From assembly GCF_000007985.2 (NCBI RefSeq), contig NC_002939.5, positions 3,240,001 through 3,272,000 on the forward strand: a stretch of 32,000 nucleotides of DNA, in the 5' to 3' direction. Position numbers and translations under genes: made by a program. This document shows, piece by piece, positions 8,713 through 16,627 of the stretch (the stretch's first letter is position 1; every line of letters begins with the position of its first letter). The DNA is from Geobacter sulfurreducens PCA (GTDB lineage Bacteria; Desulfobacterota; Desulfuromonadia; Geobacterales; Geobacteraceae). Under the pieces are notes generated by a model. The model did not search any database. It was not told the DNA's origin and saw nothing but the letters and a program-made list of their open reading frames with translations.

Positions 8713-10426
8713 CTTTCGTGAAACGCTCTCACTGCCGAATCTCTGGGACGTGGCGGCATTCCTGCTCGTCCTGGGAGTCGTGGCACTCCTGGCATGGGGG
8801 AGCCGGGAAATGGCCGCAACCTTTGTTCCGGGGAAAATCGTGCCCTCGCTCTCCCTGGACCCCCGGCATCTCCCCTATTATGCCCTGCGCACCGTAATCC
8901 GCATGGGAGCGGCACTCTGCCTGTCCCTCGCCTTCACCCTCACCTACGGCACTTTGGCGGCCAAGAGCCGGCGGCTCAGCCCGATCCTCGTCCCGACCCT
9001 CGACATACTCCAGTCGGTGCCGATCCTCGGCTTCCTCTCGGTGACCGTTACCGGCTTTATCGCCCTGTTCCCCGGCAGCCTCATGGGGGTGGAGGCTGCC
9101 TCCATCTTCGCCATCTTCACATCCCAGGCGTGGAACATGGCTTTCAGCTTCTACCAGTCCCTGAAGACCATTCCCCGGGATCTGGGCGAAGCGGCCACCC
9201 TCTTCGGCCTCTCCGGCTGGCAGCGGTTCTGGCGGGTGGAGGCCCCATTCGCGGTACCGCCGCTGGTCTGGAATATCATGATGTCCGTTTCGGGGGGATG
9301 GTTCTTCGTGGTGGCCTCCGAGGCGATCACCGTGGGCAAGACCGCCGTCACCCTCCCCGGAATCGGCTCCTACGTGGCCCTTGCCATTCACCGGCAGGAC
9401 ATGGGGGCCATCGCCTGGGCACTGGCAACCATGCTTGCGGTAATCCTCCTGTATGATCAGCTCTTTTTCCGTCCCCTCGTGGCATGGGCCGAAAAATTCC
9501 GGGTGGAACTCTCCCAGGCGCGCATCGCGCCGGAGTCGTGGTGCCTCACCCTCTTTGCCCGGACACGGTTTCTGGCCCGGGCACTGAGCCTGGCCGGCGC
9601 CCTCCCTGAGCTGCTCACCGAACGCCTTCCCCGGAGACGGAGACCTCGCACCGGCGAACATCGGCATCGCGGGCGACCTGCGGCGCGCATCATGGATCGG
9701 ATCTGGAACGCGGCGTTCGCAGTTGCGGCACTCTGGGCACTCTGGAAGCTGGCGCGCTTCGTGAGCGTGATCCCCTTCGGCGAGATCCTCTCCGTCTTCG
9801 GCCTCGGCCTGGCAACCATGGCGCGGGTTGCTGTCCTTCTGATCATGGCCTCGCTGTTTTGGGTCCCCATCGGGGTAACAATCGGCCTCAATCCCCGGTG
9901 GACAACGCGCGTCCAGCCGGTGGCCCAGTTTCTGGCCGCCTTCCCCGCGAACCTCCTCTTTCCCGCGGCAGTGGTCCTGATCGTGCGCTTCCGCCTCAAC
10001 CCGGAGATATGGACCGCTCCCCTCATGATCCTCGGCACCCAGTGGTACATCCTCTTCAACGTCATCGCGGGAGCTTCGGCCATCCCCAACGATCTGCGGG
10101 AGGCAGCCGCCAACCTGGGGTTGTCGGGGTGGGAGCTGTGGCGGCGACTCCTCCTTCCCGGCATCTTCCCCTCCCTGATCACGGGGCTCGTCACTGCGTC
10201 GGGGGGAACCTGGAACGCAAGCATCGTCGCCGAGGTGGTGAGCTGGGGGCCAACCACCCTTACCGCCACCGGCCTCGGCTCGGCCATCGCCCGTTGGACG
10301 GAGCAGGGCGACTACCCCCACATCGTCCTGGGTATCGCCGTCATGAGCATGTATGTCGTCTGCCTGAACCGCTTCTTCTGGCGCAGGCTCTACCTCCTGG
10401 CCCAGACCAGGTACCGCCTCGACTAG
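8690..10426 (+). CDS. ABC transporter permease, internally duplicated (NitT/TauT-like, two BPD_transp_1 units)
   Basis: 578 aa. TTG start with SD AGGAGA 6 nt upstream, overlapping the PAP2 gene by 23 nt. Two EAA loops: EAATLFGLSGWQRFWRVEAPF and EAAANLGLSGWELWRRLLLPG. Confidence 0.85.
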   Translation: MSSRAGHSFRETLSLPNLWDVAAFLLVLGVVALLAWGSREMAATFVPGKIVPSLSLDPRHLPYYALRTVIRMGAALCLSLAFTLTYGTLAAKSRRLSPILVPTLDILQSVPILGFLSVTVTGFIALFPGSLMGVEAASIFAIFTSQAWNMAFSFYQSLKTIPRDLGEAATLFGLSGWQRFWRVEAPFAVPPLVWNIMMSVSGGWFFVVASEAITVGKTAVTLPGIGSYVALAIHRQDMGAIAWALATMLAVILLYDQLFFRPLVAWAEKFRVELSQARIAPESWCLTLFARTRFLARALSLAGALPELLTERLPRRRRPRTGEHRHRGRPAARIMDRIWNAAFAVAALWALWKLARFVSVIPFGEILSVFGLGLATMARVAVLLIMASLFWVPIGVTIGLNPRWTTRVQPVAQFLAAFPANLLFPAAVVLIVRFRLNPEIWTAPLMILGTQWYILFNVIAGASAIPNDLREAAANLGLSGWELWRRLLLPGIFPSLITGLVTASGGTWNASIVAEVVSWGPTTLTATGLGSAIARWTEQGDYPHIVLGIAVMSMYVVCLNRFFWRRLYLLAQTRYRLD

Positions 10427-10435
10427 GAGCCCGCC

Positions 10436-11743
10436 ATGACCCAACCAGTTTCAGCCGAGCTGCTGCGGCTCGACGGCATCCGGCAATCGTATCGCAAGAC
10501 CGAAGGGGACGAGCACCTGGTCCTCGACGGCGTGACCCTCACCGTCCGCGAGGGGGAGATCGTTGCGCTACTGGGGCGGTCGGGGTCCGGCAAATCAACC
10601 CTTCTCCGGATAATTGCCGGGCTCATCCCCCCCGGCGGCGGCACCGTCAGCTACGGCGGCAGCCCGGTTACCGGCCCCGTGGAAGGGGTGGCAATGGTCT
10701 TCCAGACATTCGCCCTCATGCCGTGGCTCACGGTCCTGGATAACGTGGAGCTGGGCCTGCGGGCCCGCCGGATACCGGCAGCGGAGCGCCGCCGGCGCGC
10801 CCTGGAGGCCATCGACCTGATCGGCCTAGACGGTTTCGAGTCGGCCTTCCCCAAAGAACTCTCCGGCGGCATGCGGCAGCGGGTCGGCTTTGCCCGGGCC
10901 CTGGTGGTGGAGCCGGACCTCCTCCTCATGGATGAGCCGTTCTCGGCCCTGGACGTCCTCACCGCAGAAACCCTCCGGACCGACCTGATCGAACTCTGGA
11001 TCGAGCGGAGAATTCCCACCCGCGGCATTATCCTCGTCTCCCACAACATCGAGGAATCGGTCCTCCTGGCCGACCGGATCGTCATCCTGGGAACCAATCC
11101 CGGCCGGCTCGTGGCAGAGGTCCCGATCCCCCTCCCCCACCCCCGGGACCGGGAAGCTCCCCAGTTCCGCAAGCTCGTGGACGACGTCTACGCCCTCATG
11201 ACCGAGCAGCCGCGCGGTGCCGTACGCCCCGAGGGGGTCACCATCGGTCACCGCCTCCCTGATGCGTCCGTCTCCCGCCTGACGGGCCTCATCGACGCCC
11301 TGGCCCGAGAACCCTACCGTGGACGGGCCGATCTTCCTGAAATCGCCGATGATCAGGGGCTCGGCGTCGATCACCTCTTCCCCCTCCTGGAGGCCCTGGA
11401 GATTCTGGGCTTCGCCCGGGTGGAAGCCGGCGACGTGGAACTCACCCCGTCGGGCCGAAGCTTTGCCGAGGCCGACATCCTCCGGCAGAAGGAGATCTTT
11501 GCCGAGCACCTGGTGCGCCGGGTCCCTCTCGCGGCTCACATCCGCCGGGTATTGGATGAGCGCCCCGGCAACCAGGCGCCGGAAGAACGTTTCCTCCGGG
11601 AACTGGAGGATTTCCTGAGCGAGGACGAGGCTCAGCGGGTACTGCGGGTCGTCATTGAGTGGGGGCGCAACGCGGAGATCTTTGCCTATGATGAAAGCTC
11701 CGGCTTCCTGAGCCTGGAGAATCCCATCGAAGAGGGGCAGTAA
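10436..11743 (+). CDS. ABC transporter ATP-binding protein with C-terminal AAA-associated (winged-helix-like) extension
   Basis: 435 aa. Walker A GRSGSGKST, signature LSGGMRQR, Walker B LLLMDEPFSALD, H-loop VSHN. A C-terminal extra domain of about 170 aa. SD AGGAG. Confidence 0.9.
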   Translation: MTQPVSAELLRLDGIRQSYRKTEGDEHLVLDGVTLTVREGEIVALLGRSGSGKSTLLRIIAGLIPPGGGTVSYGGSPVTGPVEGVAMVFQTFALMPWLTVLDNVELGLRARRIPAAERRRRALEAIDLIGLDGFESAFPKELSGGMRQRVGFARALVVEPDLLLMDEPFSALDVLTAETLRTDLIELWIERRIPTRGIILVSHNIEESVLLADRIVILGTNPGRLVAEVPIPLPHPRDREAPQFRKLVDDVYALMTEQPRGAVRPEGVTIGHRLPDASVSRLTGLIDALAREPYRGRADLPEIADDQGLGVDHLFPLLEALEILGFARVEAGDVELTPSGRSFAEADILRQKEIFAEHLVRRVPLAAHIRRVLDERPGNQAPEERFLRELEDFLSEDEAQRVLRVVIEWGRNAEIFAYDESSGFLSLENPIEEGQ

Positions 11744-11758
11744 GTCACAACTAACGCC

Positions 11759-11787
11759 TTGACCGTATCCGCTTATCCGGATACACT
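11759..11787 (+). promoter_or_regulatory. arsR promoter with embedded ArsR-type operator (site 1)
   Basis: TTGACC (11759-11764), 17-nt spacer, TACACT (11782-11787). The spacer is the dyad GTATCCG-CTTATC-CGGATAC and contains the perfect palindrome TATCCGGATA. The arsR ATG is 6 nt after the -10 hexamer. Confidence 0.6.
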
Positions 11788-11793
11788 AGCCTC

Positions 11794-12135
11794 ATGAAAC
11801 AGGCGGCCCGTTTATTCAAGTCCCTTGCCGATGAAACCCGTCTCCGGATCCTGGCGCTCCTTCTGGCCGAAGAGAAGCTCTGCGTCTGCGATCTCATGGC
11901 GGCGCTGGAACTCCCTCAATCCACCGTATCGAGACACTTGGCCCAGCTCAAAAACGCCGGCTGGGTCGACGACCGCCGGGAAGGGGTGTGGGTGTACTAT
12001 TCCCTTGTAGCGCCCGACTCGCCCCAGCGCCGGGAACTGCAGGCCATCCTGACGCGACACCTTCACTCGGATCCGGTTGCCCGGGCCGACCATGATCGTC
12101 TCGTCGGATTCGGTCAGGGAAATCGTTGCGCCTGA
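11794..12135 (+). CDS. arsR: ArsR/SmtB-family arsenic-responsive repressor
   Basis: 113 aa. LADETRLRIL, As(III)-binding ELCVCDL-type motif (KLCVCDLM), and HTH QSTVSRHLAQLKNAG. Confidence 0.9.
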   Translation: MKQAARLFKSLADETRLRILALLLAEEKLCVCDLMAALELPQSTVSRHLAQLKNAGWVDDRREGVWVYYSLVAPDSPQRRELQAILTRHLHSDPVARADHDRLVGFGQGNRCA

Positions 12136-12153
12136 TTTTTTTTGCGACAAACC

Positions 12154-12170
12154 ATCCGCCTATCCGGATA
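12154..12170 (+). promoter_or_regulatory. ArsR-type operator (site 2) upstream of arsC
   Basis: ATCCGCCTATCCGGATA matches site 1 (ATCCGCTTATCCGGATA) at 16 of 17 positions. It lies 21 nt upstream of the arsC ATG. Confidence 0.6.
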
Positions 12171-12190
12171 TCCACTATCCAGGAGATTCA

Positions 12191-12613
12191 ATGAAACAGC
12201 GGGTCCTCCTTCTCTGCACCCATAACGCCAACCGATCCCAGATGGCCGAGGGGCTGGTGAACTACTTCCTCAGCGACCGGTGGGAGGCCTGCTCCGCGGG
12301 AACAGCCGCAACCTCGGTCAATCCCCGGGCGATCAGGGCCATGGCCGAATTGGGGATCGACATCTCCGGCCAGCGCTCAAAAAACCTCACCGAGCTCGAC
12401 GGTCAGACCTTCGACCGGGTCATCACCCTGTGCAGCGAGGCTGCCGATACCTGTCCCATCTTCGTCGGCGGAGTCCGGCGGAAGCACCTGGGGTTCGACG
12501 ACCCATCACGGGCGGCGGGCACGGACGAGGAGATCATGGACGAGTATCGCCGGGTGCGGGACGAGATGAGGTGCATACTAATCTCCTGCCTGAACAGAGG
12601 CGACCATGAGTGA
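12191..12613 (+). CDS. arsC: arsenate reductase, thioredoxin-coupled LMW-PTP type
   Basis: ATG at 12191 with SD AGGAG (12181-12185). P-loop CTHNANRS (CX5R) and a distal Cys pair CSEAADTC equivalent to Cys82/Cys89 of the pI258 enzyme. Confidence 0.9.
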   Translation: MKQRVLLLCTHNANRSQMAEGLVNYFLSDRWEACSAGTAATSVNPRAIRAMAELGIDISGQRSKNLTELDGQTFDRVITLCSEAADTCPIFVGGVRRKHLGFDDPSRAAGTDEEIMDEYRRVRDEMRCILISCLNRGDHE

Positions 12614-13658
12614 GCATGTCTCCCGCAGGCTCTCCTTCCTCGACCGGTGGCTCACCGTGTGGATCTTTGCCGCCATGGCCCTGGGCGTGGGGCTCGGCTG
12701 GCTTGTCCCCGGCGTGGAGCAGTTCATCAACCGCTTTCAGGTGGGGACCACCAACCTCCCCATCGCCGCCGGCCTCATCCTCATGATGTATCCCCCCTTC
12801 GCCAAGGTGAAGTACGAGGAGATGCCCGAGGTCTTCAGGAACAAGAAGATCCTCGCCCTGTCGCTGGTCCAGAACTGGCTCATCGGCCCCGTTCTCATGT
12901 TTGTCCTGGCCGTCGTATTTCTCCCCGACAAGCCCGAATACATGGTAGGGCTCATCATGATCGGCCTGGCCCGCTGCATCGCCATGGTCATCGTCTGGAA
13001 CGAACTGGCCAAAGGAAACACCGAGTACGCCGCCGGGCTCGTGGCCTTCAACAGCATTTTCCAGGTCCTCTTCTACAGCGCCTACGCCTGGGTCTTCATC
13101 ACAGTGCTCCCCCCCCTCTTCGGCCTGTCGGGGAGCCTTGTGGAAGTGAGCATCGGCCAGATCGCGGAAAGCGTCTTCGTTTACCTGGGGATTCCGTGCC
13201 TCGCCGGAGCGCTGACCCGCCTCATCGGCGTTAACGTTATGGGTAAAGAGCGCTACCACCGGGAGGTTGTCCCCCGCATCGGCCCCATCACCCTCATCGC
13301 GCTCCTCTTCACGATCGTGGTCATGTTCAGCCTCAAGGGGAACCTCATCGTCCAGCTTCCCTTTGATGTGGTGCGGATCGCCATGCCGCTGCTCATCTAC
13401 TTCGTGGTGATGTTCCTGATCTCCTTTTGGATGGGAAAGCGGCTCGGGGCCGACTACTCGAAGACCACCACCCTCGCCTTCACGGCGGCCAGCAACAACT
13501 TCGAGCTGGCCATAGCCGTAGCGGTGGCGGTCTTCGGTCTCAACTCGGGGGCGGCTTTCGCGGCAGTCATCGGCCCCCTGGTGGAGGTGCCGGTGATGAT
13601 CGGGCTGGTGAACGTGGCGTTCTGGCTGCAACGACACTGGTTCCGGGCCGCTGCCTGA
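12606..13658 (+). CDS. acr3: ACR3-family arsenite efflux transporter
   Basis: 350 aa, 10 [15 protein letters not shown] and the conserved Cys motif [11 protein letters not shown]. Overlaps arsC by 8 nt. Confidence 0.9.
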   Translation: MSEHVSRRLSFLDRWLTVWIFAAMALGVGLGWLVPGVEQFINRFQVGTTNLPIAAGLILMMYPPFAKVKYEEMPEVFRNKKILALSLVQNWLIGPVLMFVLAVVFLPDKPEYMVGLIMIGLARCIAMVIVWNELAKGNTEYAAGLVAFNSIFQVLFYSAYAWVFITVLPPLFGLSGSLVEVSIGQIAESVFVYLGIPCLAGALTRLIGVNVMGKERYHREVVPRIGPITLIALLFTIVVMFSLKGNLIVQLPFDVVRIAMPLLIYFVVMFLISFWMGKRLGADYSKTTTLAFTAASNNFELAIAVAVAVFGLNSGAAFAAVIGPLVEVPVMIGLVNVAFWLQRHWFRAAA

Positions 13659-13672
13659 AAAGGGAGTATCAC

Positions 13673-14620
13673 GTGTTCAAACCCTTCGCCGACTACCTTG
13701 TTTTCGATCTCTTCGGCCTCACCCCCGGCAGCCACCTGGGAGATGCCCTCAATTTCTTCATCTACGACACCCTTAAGATCTTTTTCCTCCTGACCGTCAT
13801 CATCTTCGTCGTGGCAATCATCCGCTCCTGGTTCCCGCCGGAGCGGACAAAACGCATCCTCTCCCACAAGCGGGAATATGTCGGAAACATCATGGCGGCA
13901 CTCCTCGGGGTAGTCACCCCCTTTTGCTCCTGTTCGGCGGTGCCCCTCTTCATCGGCTTTGTGGAATCGGGAGTCCCCCTAGGCGTCACCTTCTCGTTCC
14001 TCATTTCTTCTCCCATGGTGAACGAGGTGGCTCTCATCATGCTATGGGGCATGTTCGGCTGGAAAATCGCGCTACTCTACATCGGCACGGGACTCCTGGT
14101 GGCAATTGTTTCGGGCGCAGTCATCGGCCGGTTAAAGATGGAAAGATACGTCCAGGATTATGTCTGGGAAATGCAGGTGGGTAATGCCGAGATAGCTGAG
14201 CAAAGCTGGCCGGAGCGGTTCGCCTACGGCAAGGAGTACACAATGGGGCTTCTGAAGAAAATCTGGCCCTACGTGATCGTTGGCATCGGCATTGGCGGCT
14301 TCATCCACGGCTACGTCCCCCAGGACTTCCTGGCACACTGGGCCGGTCGCGACAACCCCTTCGCAGTTCCCGTGGCCGTGGCCCTTGGGGTCCCCCTCTA
14401 CAGTAACGCCGCAGGAGTTATTCCCATTGTCCAGGCTCTGACAGCCAAGGGGATGGCCATGGGAACGGTCCTCGCCTTCATGATGGCGGTGACGGCCCTG
14501 TCGCTCCCCGAAGCTATCATCCTGAAGAACGTCCTCAAAAATCGGCTCCTTGCGGTCTTTTTCGGCACGGTCGCCGTGGCCATAACCATGGTAGGATACC
14601 TGTTCAACGCAATTCTGTAG
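13673..14620 (+). CDS. ArsP-like / DUF318 permease with vicinal-cysteine motif
   Basis: GTG at 13673 preceded by AGGGAG (13661-13666). Multi-TM with TPFCSCSAVP. The upstream part of the track ORF (from 13427) overlaps acr3 and was discarded. Confidence 0.8.
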   Translation: MFKPFADYLVFDLFGLTPGSHLGDALNFFIYDTLKIFFLLTVIIFVVAIIRSWFPPERTKRILSHKREYVGNIMAALLGVVTPFCSCSAVPLFIGFVESGVPLGVTFSFLISSPMVNEVALIMLWGMFGWKIALLYIGTGLLVAIVSGAVIGRLKMERYVQDYVWEMQVGNAEIAEQSWPERFAYGKEYTMGLLKKIWPYVIVGIGIGGFIHGYVPQDFLAHWAGRDNPFAVPVAVALGVPLYSNAAGVIPIVQALTAKGMAMGTVLAFMMAVTALSLPEAIILKNVLKNRLLAVFFGTVAVAITMVGYLFNAIL

Positions 14621-14645
14621 TCGCTGGCGAAAGGAGATGCGGATC

Positions 14646-14873
14646 ATGAAAATCGAAGTGCTCGGTACCGGCTGCGCCAAATGCAAAACCCTCTATGAAA
14701 ATGTGCAAAAGGCCGTGGAGATGAGCGGCAAAGAGGCGGAAGTGGTCAAGGTGGAGGAAATCCAGAAGATCATGAAGTACGGCGTAATGAGCACTCCCGC
14801 TCTGGTGATTGACGGCGTCGTCAAATTTTCCGGTAAGGTACCGGCAGCGGATGAAATAAAGGGGATGCTGTGA
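14646..14873 (+). CDS. thioredoxin-fold redox-active disulfide protein 2 (Thioredoxin_3 family)
   Basis: About 75 aa with MKIEVLGTGCAKCK (CxxC). SD AGGAG lies 10 nt upstream of the ATG at 14646. This family is commonly paired with DUF318 permeases. Confidence 0.85.
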   Translation: MKIEVLGTGCAKCKTLYENVQKAVEMSGKEAEVVKVEEIQKIMKYGVMSTPALVIDGVVKFSGKVPAADEIKGML

Positions 14874-15250
14874 TGCGCTCTCTTGCCGCCCTGTCCCTTC
14901 TCCTCATCGCAACCGTTGCCCACGCGGAACTCCCCTCGGCCAGCGACGCCGCCATCAGCCAGGCCCTTGCGTCGGGAAAACCGGCGGTCATCGACCTGGG
15001 GGCCAGATACTGCATCCCCTGCAAAAAAATGGCGCCGATTTTGGAATCCCTGGCGGCGGAATACCGGGGCAGGGCAAACATCCTGTTCATTGACGTCAAT
15101 GGAAACCAGGCCGCGGCGAAGCGGTTCCGGGTGCAGATGATCCCGACCCAGATATTCTTCGACGCCCGGGGAACGGAAGTGAAGCGCCACATGGGCTTCA
15201 TGGACAGGGCCGACATCGTCAGGGAGCTGAGTGTCCTGGGGGTACGGTGA
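14873..15250 (+). CDS. secreted (periplasmic) thioredoxin-family protein
   Basis: Signal peptide MRSLAALSLLLIATVAHA/E, then a thioredoxin fold with active site YCIPC. The start overlaps the upstream stop (TGATG). Confidence 0.85.
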   Translation: MRSLAALSLLLIATVAHAELPSASDAAISQALASGKPAVIDLGARYCIPCKKMAPILESLAAEYRGRANILFIDVNGNQAAAKRFRVQMIPTQIFFDARGTEVKRHMGFMDRADIVRELSVLGVR

Positions 15251-15933
15251 GCTTCCTCGACAACATTGAACAGATTGTCGCGACTCAGCCTTTCCTGGCC
15301 TTCGTTGCGGTCTTTGTCGGGGGAGTGCTCTCGTCGGCCTCCCCCTGCGTCCTGGCCACGATTCCCCTGGTGGTGGGGTTCGTGGGAGGCTATGCGGCAG
15401 AGAGCCGGAAAAAGGCATTTCTCTACTCTCTGTCCTTCATCGTGGGCCTATCGCTCACCTTCACCATCTTCGGCGCAGCGGCGGCCCTCCTGGGGACCAT
15501 GTTCGGCACGGTGGGGGGATGGTGGTATGCGGCCGTGGGCGCCGTGGCGGTGGCCATGGGGCTCCAGATGATGGGGTTCTACGAACTGCGGCTCCCGGTC
15601 CTGCCGCAATTCAGACCGAAACGGGGCGGATTCTGGGGGGCCCTCCTCCTGGGACTCTTCTTCGGGGTCGCCTCATCCCCGTGTGCCACGCCGGTTCTCG
15701 TCGTCATCCTCTCCTTCGCTGCCCTGCAAGGAAACATCCTCTACGGCACGCTTCTCCTCTTCACCTACGCCCTCGGCCACTGCCTCCTCATGCTCGCGGC
15801 CGGCACCTTTACCGGCTTCGTTGAAGCCTTCGCCGCCTCCCGGGGAGTGGCCAACGTCTCCCACTGGGCAAAGCGGGGGAGCGGTGCCGTCATCGCCCTG
15901 GCCGGGGCATGGTTCATCTGGCGGGCGTTCTGA
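15247..15933 (+). CDS. ccdA: CcdA/DsbD-family transmembrane thiol:disulfide electron transporter
   Basis: 228 aa, 6 TM. Two conserved membrane-embedded Cys motifs, SPCVLATIPL and SPCATPVL. GTG start overlaps the upstream TGA (GTGA). Confidence 0.85.
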   Translation: MSFLDNIEQIVATQPFLAFVAVFVGGVLSSASPCVLATIPLVVGFVGGYAAESRKKAFLYSLSFIVGLSLTFTIFGAAAALLGTMFGTVGGWWYAAVGAVAVAMGLQMMGFYELRLPVLPQFRPKRGGFWGALLLGLFFGVASSPCATPVLVVILSFAALQGNILYGTLLLFTYALGHCLLMLAAGTFTGFVEAFAASRGVANVSHWAKRGSGAVIALAGAWFIWRAF

Positions 15934-15962
15934 CCCTATAGGCCCAAGGAGACTCATTCCCC

Positions 15963-16622
15963 ATGCCAGCCACATCTCCTCATTCCCCGGAACTCTACCG
16001 CAAAGCGGCGCTCCTGGCCCTCATCACCATCATCTACAACATCGCTGAGGGGGCCGTATCTGTAGGGTTAGGCGTAGCGGACGAGACCCTCTCCCTCTTC
16101 GGCTTCGGTCTCGACTCCTTTGTGGAAGTGATCTCCGGAGTGGGGATATGGCATATGGTACAACGGGTGCGGCGGGGGGGAACGGAAGACCGGGACGCCT
16201 TCGAGCGCCGGGCACTGCGGATCACCGGAGGCGCCTTCTACCTCCTGGCGGCAGGACTGGTAGTGACGGCGGGGCTCAGCATATACAGCGGCCACCGCCC
16301 CGAGAGTACCGTCTGGGGGATCGCAGTGTCACTGGTATCGATCTCGTTCATGTGGCTGCTGATCCATCACAAGACGAACGTGGGGAGAGCGCTCAACTCT
16401 CCGGCCATCTTGGCCGATGCCGCCTGCAGCCGGGCCTGCTTGCTGTTGTCGGCAGTCCTCCTGGCTGCCAGCGCCGGCTATGAGCTGACCGGCATCGCCT
16501 GGCTCGATTCCCTCGGCTCCCTGGCCATTGCCTGGCTCTCAGTGCGAGAGGGGCGGGAGGCCTTCGGCAAAGCCGACGGAATGGCATGCCCCTGCTCCTG
16601 CGGATGCAGCAACGGAGGCTAA
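15963..16622 (+). CDS. cation-efflux (CDF)-like membrane domain protein lacking the cytoplasmic domain, with Cys-rich C-terminal tail
   Basis: 219 aa. CDF-like TM motifs NIAEGAVSVGLG and SFVEVISG. The tail is ACPCSCGCSNGG. Confidence 0.6.
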   Translation: MPATSPHSPELYRKAALLALITIIYNIAEGAVSVGLGVADETLSLFGFGLDSFVEVISGVGIWHMVQRVRRGGTEDRDAFERRALRITGGAFYLLAAGLVVTAGLSIYSGHRPESTVWGIAVSLVSISFMWLLIHHKTNVGRALNSPAILADAACSRACLLLSAVLLAASAGYELTGIAWLDSLGSLAIAWLSVREGREAFGKADGMACPCSCGCSNGG

Positions 16623-16627
16623 CGGCC

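Noticed and set aside
8729-10444. 571-aa ORF on the minus strand spanning the entire ABC permease gene
   Set aside because: It is exactly antisense to a gene with clear duplicated-permease homology. The translation is a low-complexity G/R/P/E/D/H-rich sequence with no recognisable domain and no SD. This is a typical GC-driven shadow ORF.
12534-13637. 367-aa minus-strand ORF antisense to acr3. Similar long antisense ORFs lie at 2033-2914, 6353-7264, 16880-17773, 20105-21247, 23268-24101 and 29615-30454.
   Set aside because: All are mirror images of genes with strong family signatures. They lack SD sequences and have biased, charged low-complexity translations.
13427-13672. Upstream extensions of track ORFs. 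The permease ORF is extended from 13427. Others: PPase 28911-28985, tal 30326-30460, modA 19125-19238, nikR 31608-31712, arsC 12077-12190, dedA 28910-28999.
   Set aside because: In each case an internal start with a proper SD coincides with the N-terminus expected for the family. The extension overlaps a neighbouring gene or a regulatory region.
14637-14645. Alternative ATG at 14637 for the small thioredoxin-like protein
   Set aside because: The GGAG of the SD directly abuts this ATG, leaving no spacer. The ATG at 14646 has proper spacing and gives the canonical MKIEVLG N-terminus.
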